Source of the DNA: Candidatus Nanosynbacter lyticus
GTDB taxonomy: Bacteria > Patescibacteriota > Saccharimonadia > Saccharimonadales > Saccharimonadaceae
Assembly (NCBI RefSeq): GCF_000803625.1
Contig: NZ_CP007496.1
Location: 150,001 to 182,000 of the forward strand
Reading direction: 5' to 3'
Length of the DNA stretch: 32,000 bases
Below the pieces are notes generated by a model. It ran no database searches and was not told the DNA's origin. It saw only the letters and a list, made by a program, of their open reading frames with translations. Both the position numbers and the translations under genes were made by a program. Positions 23,106 to 31,259 of this stretch are shown here, one piece after another (positions within the stretch are counted from its first letter, which is position 1; each line of letters opens with the position of its first letter).

Positions 23106-24262
23106 TTGTTTGGGGGATTCTTTTAGGCTTATTTGTACTTATATCACTGGTGGTTTTGCACGAGTTGGGTCATGCGCTAGTGGCTAAGCGAAACGGCGTT
23201 AAGGTTGAGGAATTTGGGATTGGATTTCCGCCAGCCGCAAAGAAATGGAAAGTTAAGCGGAGCTTTTTAGGTGAAGACGTGATTTTCAGCCTAAACTGGT
23301 TGCCGCTTGGTGGATTTGTTCGTCTAAAAGGCGAGTATGATTCAGCGAAGGGCAAAGGTACGTATGGTGGTTCGACATTTTGGGTGAAAACCAAAATTTT
23401 ACTAGCCGGCGTTATGATGAACTGGTTGACGGCAATTATTTTGTTTACGGTTCTGGCGGTAATTGGACTGCCGAAGGTGTTGTCGAATCAGGTTCAGTTG
23501 CCATTTGACACTGAAGTGCGCCGCTCTCCGGTATCGGTGGTAAAAATTACTCCCGACTCGCCAGCTGATAGAGCGGGGATTAAAGTGGGCGATCAATTGA
23601 TTGACATAAATAACCAGCCACTTACTGAGGCGGAAAAATTGCCAATTATAACTAAGCAGAACGCTGGCAAAAAAGTGCCGATTAAGTATAGTCGTGATGG
23701 CGAAGAGTCGTTAATTGATGTGCAGTTAAATTCTGAACAGACTGCCAAAGCTGGTGGATATTTGGGGGTTGTTCCTAGTCAATCAGAAAAAATATACAGC
23801 ACTTGGTCGGTACCTATTATGGGAGTAGCAACGACCGGACAACTGTCTTATGAGACTATAAAAGGTGTTGGCGTACTGCTGGTAAAAACCACTCATGGTT
23901 TATTTGGGCAGATTTTTGGCTCTGAACAGTCAAAGCAGTCAGCCCGTGCTGATTTGTCCTCTGTTGGCGATAGTGTGGCCGGACCAATTGGTATATTGGG
24001 CGTGCTGTTTCCGTCGGTGGTCAATTCTGGAATAGCCCAAGTCATTTTTGTGGCAGCGTTGATTTCACTGACGCTGGCGGTGATGAATATATTGCCAATC
24101 CCAGCACTTGACGGTGGACGCTGGTTTACGATGGCGATATTCCGTCTTTTTAAGAAAGAGCTGACGAAAGAGCGTGAAGAAAATATTCAAGCTACCGGCA
24201 TGTTGATTTTATTAATATTAACAATTTTGGTGACTGTGAGCGATGTGGGGAAGCTTCTATAA
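23102..24262 (+). CDS. rseP: Site-2 (RIP) zinc metalloprotease RseP/RasP family with PDZ domain
   Basis: HELGHALVAKRNGV (HExxH), a PDZ-like region ITPDSPADRAGIKVGDQLIDIN, and NILPIPALDGG. It overlaps uppS by ATGA. Confidence 0.9.
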   Translation: MIVWGILLGLFVLISLVVLHELGHALVAKRNGVKVEEFGIGFPPAAKKWKVKRSFLGEDVIFSLNWLPLGGFVRLKGEYDSAKGKGTYGGSTFWVKTKILLAGVMMNWLTAIILFTVLAVIGLPKVLSNQVQLPFDTEVRRSPVSVVKITPDSPADRAGIKVGDQLIDINNQPLTEAEKLPIITKQNAGKKVPIKYSRDGEESLIDVQLNSEQTAKAGGYLGVVPSQSEKIYSTWSVPIMGVATTGQLSYETIKGVGVLLVKTTHGLFGQIFGSEQSKQSARADLSSVGDSVAGPIGILGVLFPSVVNSGIAQVIFVAALISLTLAVMNILPIPALDGGRWFTMAIFRLFKKELTKEREENIQATGMLILLILTILVTVSDVGKLL

Positions 24263-25043
24263 GAAATTAAAAGGCCGAAAGTGGTGGCTATTGGTGGCAC
24301 TGCCAATTTGGGTTTACGGTGCGTTCTTGATAGTGGAAATAATTATTTCACTTTTGGTTAATCAGCTGGTTGGGCTTGGCGTACCTCTAAAATCGATAAA
24401 CCCAGTTATTTTTAATACTGCGATTTCAGTTTTTGTTTATGGCATATCCTTGGCTGTAGTTGTTGGTGTACCAATATACATTAAAAAACGGCGAACGTCT
24501 CTTCAGGATTTAGGGGTAAATGACTGGCCAACGTTTCTGGAGATATTTATTTCACCGTTGGCTTTTGTGGCTTATTTTCTCTTGACGATAGTCACGATGA
24601 GCATCGCTAGTGGTGTCTTCTCGGTTGATGTGCAGCAGCGACAAGCAATACCCTTTAGTCAGAGTATGCTTGCGTCACACTGGCAGCTCTTAATGGCATT
24701 TACGGTAATGGTGGTATTGGGCCCGATTGTTGAGGAATTGTTATATCGTGGATATCTTTACGGTAAACTACGCAATTCATTTTCAATTTGGCTGTCGGTT
24801 CTTATGACGAGCATAACATTTGGCTTGGCGCATCTTTGGGTCGGTCCGGGCGCGCCTTTGCAGTGGGCAGTGGCAGTTGATACATTTACTTTAAGTTTGG
24901 TCATGTGTGCCGCCAGGGAGTATACTGGGGCAGTTTGGGTGCCGATGATGATGCATATGATGAAAAACGGTATAGCTTTTTATTTTCTGTTTATCAATAC
25001 AAACGCCGTCGACCAAATAGGTGCTTTATTTCCATTTATATAA
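24243..25043 (+). CDS. CPBP-family intramembrane glutamic endopeptidase (CAAX protease-like)
   Basis: A polytopic protein with EELLYRG, FGLAHL and HMMKN motifs. It overlaps the rseP 3' end by 20 nt. Confidence 0.8.
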   Translation: MWGSFYKKLKGRKWWLLVALPIWVYGAFLIVEIIISLLVNQLVGLGVPLKSINPVIFNTAISVFVYGISLAVVVGVPIYIKKRRTSLQDLGVNDWPTFLEIFISPLAFVAYFLLTIVTMSIASGVFSVDVQQRQAIPFSQSMLASHWQLLMAFTVMVVLGPIVEELLYRGYLYGKLRNSFSIWLSVLMTSITFGLAHLWVGPGAPLQWAVAVDTFTLSLVMCAAREYTGAVWVPMMMHMMKNGIAFYFLFINTNAVDQIGALFPFI

Positions 25044-25055
25044 AGGAGGAAAAAT

Positions 25056-26303
25056 ATGCGAATGACACAACTTTTTACCAGAACTTTGAAGCAGGCTCCA
25101 GCAGGTGAGGTGGCTCGTAACGCTCAGCTGCTAATCCGTGCTGGCTATGTGCATAAGACGATGGCAGGCGTCTATTCTTTCTTGCCGCTTGGTCTGCGGG
25201 TGCTTGAGAATATTAAGCAGATTGTTCGTGAGGAAATGGATAAGGTTGATAGTCAAGAGCTAACAATGAGCACTTTGCAACGTAAAGAGTTATGGCAGGA
25301 AACCGGTCGTTGGAGCGATGAAGTTGTTGACGTCTGGTTCAAGTCTAAACTGCAAGACGGCACTGACGTTGGTTTTGGCTGGACGCACGAAGAGCCGATT
25401 GTTGATTTATTGCGCAATTATCTAAAGAGTTATAAAGATTTGCCAATTAGTGTTTATCAATTTCAGAACAAATTGCGTAACGAGCTGCGCGCCAAGAGCG
25501 GAATTATGCGTGGTCGTGAATTTGTCATGAAGGATATGTACTCGGTACATGCTAGTAAAGAGGACTTAGATAATTACTATAACACCGTCATTGAGGCGTA
25601 TAAGCGCTGTTATGATCGTTTTGGTATCGGTGATGAGACATATGTGACTTTTGCTTCTGGCGGCGCCTTTACTAAATTTAGTCACGAATTCCAGACAATT
25701 TGTGATGCTGGCGAGGACTACATTTATTTACATCGTGGTAAAAATATTGCGGTGAATGAAGAAGTCTTGGATGAGGCAGTTGCGGAGCTTGGCGTTGACC
25801 GTAGTGAGTTGGAAAAAGTGAAGACGGCTGAGGTTGGCAATATCTTTAATTTTGGTACGCAGAAGTCAGAGGAGATGAAGCTGGTATTCACCGATGCCGA
25901 CGGCAAAGAGCAATATGCATATATGGGTAGCTATGGCATCGGCATTACTCGGGTGATGGGGGTGATTGTTGAGAAATTTGCTGATGAGAAAGGGCTAGTT
26001 TGGCCAGAAAATATTGCACCGTTTAAGGTTTATATTGTCGCAATCGGTGACAAGGGTAAAGAGTTAGCGGGTAAGCTTTATGGCGAACTAGCGGATAGCG
26101 GCATGGATACACTTCTTGATGATCGCGATGAGCGGCCGGGCGTGAAATTTGCTGATGCAGAATTAATGGGTCTACCGTGGCGGATTACGATTGGCGATCG
26201 GGCGATTGATGGCGATGGATTATTTGAAGTAACTGAGCGAGCAACCGGCGAGATGAAAAAGATGAACTATCAGCAGCTACTTGAGTTTTGTTTAAGTCGT
26301 TAA
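25056..26303 (+). CDS. proS: Proline--tRNA ligase, bacterial-type but lacking the INS editing domain (415 aa)
   Basis: N-terminus MRMTQLFTRTLKQAPAGEVARNAQLLIRAGYV, motif 2 RNELRAKSGIMRGREFVMKDMYSVH, and motif 3 region YMGSYGIGITRVMG. Only about 35 residues lie where the INS domain would be. SD is AAGGAGGA. Confidence 0.93.
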   Translation: MRMTQLFTRTLKQAPAGEVARNAQLLIRAGYVHKTMAGVYSFLPLGLRVLENIKQIVREEMDKVDSQELTMSTLQRKELWQETGRWSDEVVDVWFKSKLQDGTDVGFGWTHEEPIVDLLRNYLKSYKDLPISVYQFQNKLRNELRAKSGIMRGREFVMKDMYSVHASKEDLDNYYNTVIEAYKRCYDRFGIGDETYVTFASGGAFTKFSHEFQTICDAGEDYIYLHRGKNIAVNEEVLDEAVAELGVDRSELEKVKTAEVGNIFNFGTQKSEEMKLVFTDADGKEQYAYMGSYGIGITRVMGVIVEKFADEKGLVWPENIAPFKVYIVAIGDKGKELAGKLYGELADSGMDTLLDDRDERPGVKFADAELMGLPWRITIGDRAIDGDGLFEVTERATGEMKKMNYQQLLEFCLSR

Positions 26304-26314
26304 GCTCGGCTATA

Positions 26315-26343
26315 TTGACATAATAAATGGCGGTTGTTATACT
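26315..26343 (+). promoter_or_regulatory. Strong promoter TTGACA-17-(TGT)TATACT for greA
   Basis: -35 TTGACA at 26315-26320, a 17-nt spacer ending in TGT, and -10 TATACT at 26338-26343. The leader to the ATG at 26435 is 91 nt. Confidence 0.6.
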
Positions 26344-26434
26344 CAGATAGACTTCATTAAGACTAGATAGAACACTATATTTAGTGTAGTTTATAAGACT
26401 AATACCGCTATATGTAATAGAGGAGGAGATTTTT

Positions 26435-26890
26435 ATGAAAAAAACTTACCAGATTACCGAAACTGGAAAAGCTGACTTGGAAGTCGAGCTAGCGGAGCTA
26501 AAAGGTCGCCGTGGTGAAATTGCTGAAAAAATTGCGGTAGCGCGAGATTTTGGCGATTTAAGTGAGAACGCAGAATATGACGCTGCGCGTGAAGAGCAGG
26601 GCTTGGTGGAGACACGGATTTTAGAGATTGAGGATATTTTGCAGAATGCTGAAATCATTAAATCAAGCGGCACTTCAAGTGTTGGCTTGGGCAGTACGGT
26701 TGAATTGCAGTGTCCAGAAAGAACCGTGTCCTATACGGTGGTTGGTCCGGTTGAGGCTGATCCATTGGCAGGAAGAATTTCTGATCAATCACCAATTGGT
26801 AAAGAGCTAATTGGTAAGAAAATTGGTGATGAAGTAACGATTAAAACCCCCAAAGCGGAAATCACTTACGTTGTTAAGTCCATCTCTTAA
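26435..26890 (+). CDS. greA: Transcription elongation factor GreA
   Basis: DLSENAEYDAAREEQG and a C-terminal ISDQSPIGKELIGKKIGDEV. SD is GGAGGAG. Confidence 0.93.
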   Translation: MKKTYQITETGKADLEVELAELKGRRGEIAEKIAVARDFGDLSENAEYDAAREEQGLVETRILEIEDILQNAEIIKSSGTSSVGLGSTVELQCPERTVSYTVVGPVEADPLAGRISDQSPIGKELIGKKIGDEVTIKTPKAEITYVVKSIS

Positions 26891-26917
26891 GCCCTCTAAA
26901 ATAATTTACAGATAATG

Positions 26918-26926
26918 TGCTATAAT
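26918..26926 (+). promoter_or_regulatory. Extended -10 TGCTATAAT 10 nt upstream of the lysS ATG (leaderless or very short leader)
   Basis: TGCTATAAT-TATCTCTGTT-ATG(26937), with no SD. Confidence 0.5.
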
Positions 26927-26936
26927 TATCTCTGTT

Positions 26937-28439
26937 ATGGCCACACTTCAAGATTATCGAAATGAACGATTAAGAAAATTAGAGACATTACGCCAATTGG
27001 GCGTTGATCCGTATCCAGCAAAGTCGGAGCGGACGCATGGTTGCGGCGAGGTTTTGGCACGGTATGATGAATTGGCGGGTCAAGAAGTGGTGGTCGCAGG
27101 GCGTATCGTTTCAATTCGCAGCTTTGGTAAGCTGGCGTTCATCAAACTGCGCGACCAGTCTGGTGAAGTACAGTTATATTTGCAGCGCGATGATGTGGCG
27201 GAATTGGACGCTAGCCGCGGCATATTGGGCATGAAACAACTGAAGCTTCTGGATACGGGTGATTTTGTCGAGGCACGCGGGGTGATGACGACGACGCAGA
27301 CTGGCGAAAAGTCGGTTGGCGTACATGAGCTAAGGCTACTGACCAAATCGCTCAGGCCGATGCCTGAAAAACTAGAGAACAAAGAAGAGCGTTTCCGCCG
27401 CCGCTATGTTGATATGAACGTCAATCCAGAGGTGCGCCTGCGGTTTATTCGTCGCAGTAAGTTTTGGCGGGCGACACGTGATTATCTGAACCAGCATGGC
27501 TTTACTGAGGTGAATGTACCGGTATTGGAACACACCACCGGCGGCGCTGATGCTAATCCGTTTGTGACGCATATGGACGCGCTGGATAATCAGCAGTTTT
27601 ACTTGCGTATTTCTCACGAGCTGCCGCTGAAGCGGTTGATTGGTGCTGGGTTTGAGAAGGTGTATGACCTCGGGCCGCGTTTTCGCAATGAGAATTATTC
27701 AGACGAGCATTTGCCAGAGCACATCGCCATGGAGTGGTACGCCGCGTATTGGGACTGGCGAGCTGGCATGCGTTTCATGGAAGATATGTATAAATATGTT
27801 CTGCAGGAAACGTTTGGTACGCTGCAATTTCAGCTGGGTAAATTTAATATTGATATGAGTGGTGAGTGGGAAGTTTGGGATTATGCTGAAGTTATTCGTA
27901 AGCACTATGGGATTGACGTGTACGATACGACGATTGACGAGGTGGCCGCCAAGTTGAAGGAGCATGGTTTAGAGGTTGAAAAGACTGATTCCATTCCGCG
28001 TGGTATTGATAAATTATGGAAGAATATTCGTAAAGATGTAGCGGGGCCGGTGTGGTTGGTGAATACGCCGAAGTTTATCAGCCCGCTGTCTAAAACCAAC
28101 CCTGAAAATCCGCAGACAGTGGAGCGTTTCCAGCCGGTAATCGCTGGGTCGGAATTGGGCAATGGCTTTTCGGAGTTGAATGACCCGATTGACCAGCTGA
28201 ACCGCTTTGTTGAGCAGCAACAGATGCGCGATGCGGGCGATGACGAGGCGATGATGTTGGACATCGACTATGTGGAGATGTTGGAGTACGGTATGCCGCC
28301 AGCTTGCGGTTGGGGTTACTCTGAGCGGGTGTTTTGGATTTTTGAAGGCGTGACGGCGCGCGAAGGTGTGCCATTCCCACAGCTACGTCATGAGATTGAT
28401 GAGACGACGCGAGCGATCTACCCGCAGGTGAAGTTGTAA
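26937..28439 (+). CDS. lysS: Lysine--tRNA ligase, class II
   Basis: An OB-fold N-terminal domain (VVVAGRIVSIRSFGKLAFIKLRD), motif 2 YDLGPRFRNE, and motif 3 region GWGYSERVF. Confidence 0.96.
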   Translation: MATLQDYRNERLRKLETLRQLGVDPYPAKSERTHGCGEVLARYDELAGQEVVVAGRIVSIRSFGKLAFIKLRDQSGEVQLYLQRDDVAELDASRGILGMKQLKLLDTGDFVEARGVMTTTQTGEKSVGVHELRLLTKSLRPMPEKLENKEERFRRRYVDMNVNPEVRLRFIRRSKFWRATRDYLNQHGFTEVNVPVLEHTTGGADANPFVTHMDALDNQQFYLRISHELPLKRLIGAGFEKVYDLGPRFRNENYSDEHLPEHIAMEWYAAYWDWRAGMRFMEDMYKYVLQETFGTLQFQLGKFNIDMSGEWEVWDYAEVIRKHYGIDVYDTTIDEVAAKLKEHGLEVEKTDSIPRGIDKLWKNIRKDVAGPVWLVNTPKFISPLSKTNPENPQTVERFQPVIAGSELGNGFSELNDPIDQLNRFVEQQQMRDAGDDEAMMLDIDYVEMLEYGMPPACGWGYSERVFWIFEGVTAREGVPFPQLRHEIDETTRAIYPQVKL

Positions 28440-28458
28440 TTGTAGTGTGATTTTAGTT

Positions 28459-28467
28459 TGTTATAAT
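28459..28467 (+). promoter_or_regulatory. Extended -10 TGTTATAAT 6 nt upstream of the ATG at 28474 (leaderless candidate)
   Basis: TGTTATAAT-TAGAGT-ATG. The context AAT.AGAGTATGAAG is nearly identical to the ung start. Confidence 0.5.
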
Positions 28468-28473
28468 TAGAGT

Positions 28474-30228
28474 ATGAAGCGATTTATATTGGGGATACTA
28501 ATCGCTGGATCTCTGTTGGTTGGATCTGGCCAGGCGGCGTTTGCGGCACAGGCGGACAATTTTACTATCACTAAATTTGACGCAGAGTATTCGCTAGGTC
28601 GCGACAGCGAAAATCGTTCAGCCTTGGCGGCAACGTGGCGAATTACTGCTCATTTTCCGCCTAACCAAAACCGCGGCATTGTGCCAATATTTGTGAAGAA
28701 GTATGATAATCATCCGACGAACTTTTCGTTGCAGTCGGTGACTGATGGACAGGGTGTGTCGCTGGATCATACATGGAACGGCGACGAGTTACGAATTGGC
28801 AAGAAAGACGTTTACGTTCAGGGTGAAAAAACCTACGTCATCAAGTTCACCCAGCGTGATGTGACTAAGCATTATGACAATACGGGGCGTGATGAGTTCT
28901 ACTGGGACGTCATCGGCAATGAGTGGCGCGTGCCGATGCAAAATGTACGCGTGTCTGTAAAATTTGACGAGTCACTTCAGGCGGCGCGAGCGGGTGAAGC
29001 GTTTTGTTATACTGGTGCGCATGGTTCAACTAAGCGGTGTAATATCAGCGGTGATAAGGGCGAAATTGTGACAAATGTGAGCCGCCTGAATCGCCGTGAA
29101 GGCATAACGATGGCAGTCGGCTTTACTAGCGGTACATTTACTGGATATCAAGAGACGCTGAGTGAAAAGTTGCTAAAAATTTGGGCAATGGTGCAGACGA
29201 TAGCAAGTAGTTTGGCGGTTATATTGATGTTGTTATTGGGTTGGCGTTATAAGCGTTTATTTGGCAGACATAATGAGCTTAAGCCAATTCCGCCAGAGTA
29301 TTTGCCGCCAAAACAGGCGAGTGTGATGATATCAACATATATTTTGAAAAGGTATGATCTCTTTATAGTTAAAGGTTCGGCCAAGGTGGCGCAGTTGTTG
29401 GATTTAGCGGTGCGGCATTATATCAAATTGTACGAAGTGAAAAAGGCGTCATTTTTGCGGTCGGCGCAGTATGAAATTGAAATTGTCAAAGATTTGACAG
29501 AGCTGAGGCCTGAAGAGTCTGAAGTTATTCGGGACATGTTTGGCGAGTCGATGCCAAAACCAGGTCAGCGGCTAAATCTGAAAAAGCTACAGAATAATTT
29601 GTCGTATGCGGCGCGAACAGGTGATGATGATAATAATTTGAAGAGTTTGGCTCGCGGTAAGTATGCTTTGTGTGAGCAAAAACCAGAAAATAAGCGAATT
29701 GTACAGAAGTGGGCTTTGTGGGTTTTTGTTATCAGTGTATTGTTGCTGTCACCGATGCTACTGATCGTGGCGGGGATAGTGTTTGCTTTGTCATTTGGCT
29801 GGTCGCTGACTGACGAGGGCTTGGTACTCAGGCGGTATTTGGCAGGACTTAAAATGTACATTGGCGTGGCTGAAGCTGAGCGTTTACAGATGCTACAAAG
29901 TCCTGAGGGTGCGGAAAAAGTGAAGATTAATACGGCTGATGAGCGGCAATTGGTGAAGTTGTATGAGAGAATCTTGCCATACGCGGTGCTGTTTGGACAG
30001 GAAAAAGAGTGGAGTAAGCAGTTGGGAAAGTACTATGAGCAAGTTGGTGAGCAGCCAGATTGGTACAGTGGTCAGGGCGCGTTCAATGCGGCGGCATTTG
30101 CGGCTGGGATGAATAGTCTGTCAAGCGTGGCCAGTAGCGCCAGCGACTATTCATCGACCTCTGGTGGTTCGACTGGTGGTGGCTTCGCTGGTGGTGGCGG
30201 AGGCGGTGGCGGAGGCGGCGGCTGGTAA
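28474..30228 (+). CDS. DUF2207-family membrane protein with C-terminal poly-glycine tail
   Basis: Signal peptide, an extracytoplasmic domain, TM helices, LRRYLAGLKMYIGVAEAERLQMLQSPEG, and a GGGFAGGGGGGGGGGGW terminus typical of this family. Confidence 0.8.
   Translation: MKRFILGILIAGSLLVGSGQAAFAAQADNFTITKFDAEYSLGRDSENRSALAATWRITAHFPPNQNRGIVPIFVKKYDNHPTNFSLQSVTDGQGVSLDHTWNGDELRIGKKDVYVQGEKTYVIKFTQRDVTKHYDNTGRDEFYWDVIGNEWRVPMQNVRVSVKFDESLQAARAGEAFCYTGAHGSTKRCNISGDKGEIVTNVSRLNRREGITMAVGFTSGTFTGYQETLSEKLLKIWAMVQTIASSLAVILMLLLGWRYKRLFGRHNELKPIPPEYLPPKQASVMISTYILKRYDLFIVKGSAKVAQLLDLAVRHYIKLYEVKKASFLRSAQYEIEIVKDLTELRPEESEVIRDMFGESMPKPGQRLNLKKLQNNLSYAARTGDDDNNLKSLARGKYALCEQKPENKRIVQKWALWVFVISVLLLSPMLLIVAGIVFALSFGWSLTDEGLVLRRYLAGLKMYIGVAEAERLQMLQSPEGAEKVKINTADERQLVKLYERILPYAVLFGQEKEWSKQLGKYYEQVGEQPDWYSGQGAFNAAAFAAGMNSLSSVASSASDYSSTSGGSTGGGFAGGGGGGGGGGGW
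30193..30216 (+). repeat. Perfect 12-nt tandem duplication (GGTGGCGGAGGC x2) inside the poly-Gly tract
   Basis: 30193-30204 is identical to 30205-30216. Both lie within the Gly11 run at 30190-30222. Confidence 0.9.
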
Positions 30229-30231
30229 GTT

Positions 30232-31185
30232 ATGTCTGATATTTTACTGTGGTTGATGGCCGTTTTACTATTGGCATTATCTGGGATATTTTCGGGCCTG
30301 AATATTGGCTTGATGATGGCGCGACCAGACGACTTAAAGCGAAAGGCTGGGCAGGGTGATGAGATTGCTAAGCGAGTCTATCGCTACCGTAAGGATGGCT
30401 ACTATTTGATATTTTGTATTTTGCTGGGCAATGTCGGTGTAAATACGGCGATGTCAATTTTGCTGGGTAATATGACTAACGGCGTGGTTGGCGGGTTGAT
30501 TGCCACATTACTGATCACTATGTTTGGCGAGATTTTGCCGCAAGCGATTTTTACGCAGCGCGGTTATCGTTTCGTGCGGTATTTCTTCTGGCTGCTTAAT
30601 GTAATTTATGTGCTATTTTGGCCACTGGCTCGGCCGATGTCGAAATTGCTAAATCATTGGCTAGGTAAAGAGACGCCTCAGCTTTATTCTCACCAGGAGC
30701 TGGAGGAAATTATTCATGAACATGCTGAGCGTTCGGATAGCCCAGTCGATTATGATGAAAGTCGAATCGCGGCGGGAGCGCTGCAGTTTAGTAAAAAGAC
30801 GGCTGGTGATTTGGTAACGCCGATGAGTGAGGTGTTTACTGTGAATCTGGATGATGAGCTGGACGCGACACTACTAGCGCGAATTAAACATGCTGGGCAT
30901 TCGCGGATCCCGGTGTGTGATGATGAGCGGCTGGTAGGGATTTTGTATGTCAAAGATGTAGTGGGGCGTGAGCTGCCACTGCCAGTCAGTCAATTGTACC
31001 GAGACAAGATTCACGACATCGATGCACGGTCGCGGCTGGATACGGTGCTTAGTCGATTCATCCAAACCCGCAATCACTTGTTTGTGGTAATGGATAATGA
31101 AACGGAACTGGGAATTATTACACTGGAAGATGTGATTGAGGAGATTTTGGATCAGGAGATTGAGGATGAATATGACGAGGAGTAG
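30232..31185 (+). CDS. CNNM/DUF21 plus CBS-pair membrane protein (hemolysin/CorC-like divalent cation transporter family), lacking the CorC_HlyC domain
   Basis: An N-terminal four-TM DUF21 domain with GEILPQAIF, followed by a CBS pair (TPMSEVFTV...HSRIPVCDD...VGILYVKDV; LFVVMDNETELGIITLEDVIEEI). The protein ends at 317 aa. Confidence 0.85.
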   Translation: MSDILLWLMAVLLLALSGIFSGLNIGLMMARPDDLKRKAGQGDEIAKRVYRYRKDGYYLIFCILLGNVGVNTAMSILLGNMTNGVVGGLIATLLITMFGEILPQAIFTQRGYRFVRYFFWLLNVIYVLFWPLARPMSKLLNHWLGKETPQLYSHQELEEIIHEHAERSDSPVDYDESRIAAGALQFSKKTAGDLVTPMSEVFTVNLDDELDATLLARIKHAGHSRIPVCDDERLVGILYVKDVVGRELPLPVSQLYRDKIHDIDARSRLDTVLSRFIQTRNHLFVVMDNETELGIITLEDVIEEILDQEIEDEYDEE

Positions 31186-31205
31186 GACGTTCGGATTCTG
31201 TTTCG

Positions 31206-31214
31206 TGGTATACT
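31206..31214 (+). promoter_or_regulatory. Extended -10 TGGTATACT for the 31260 gene
   Basis: TGn plus TATACT, 45 nt upstream of the ATG at 31260. A G-rich SD region GGTGGTGGGTAGGGAG is present. Confidence 0.45.
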
Positions 31215-31259
31215 AAAAGATAATTTTAATAATAAAGGTGGTGGGTAGGGAGATTATAT

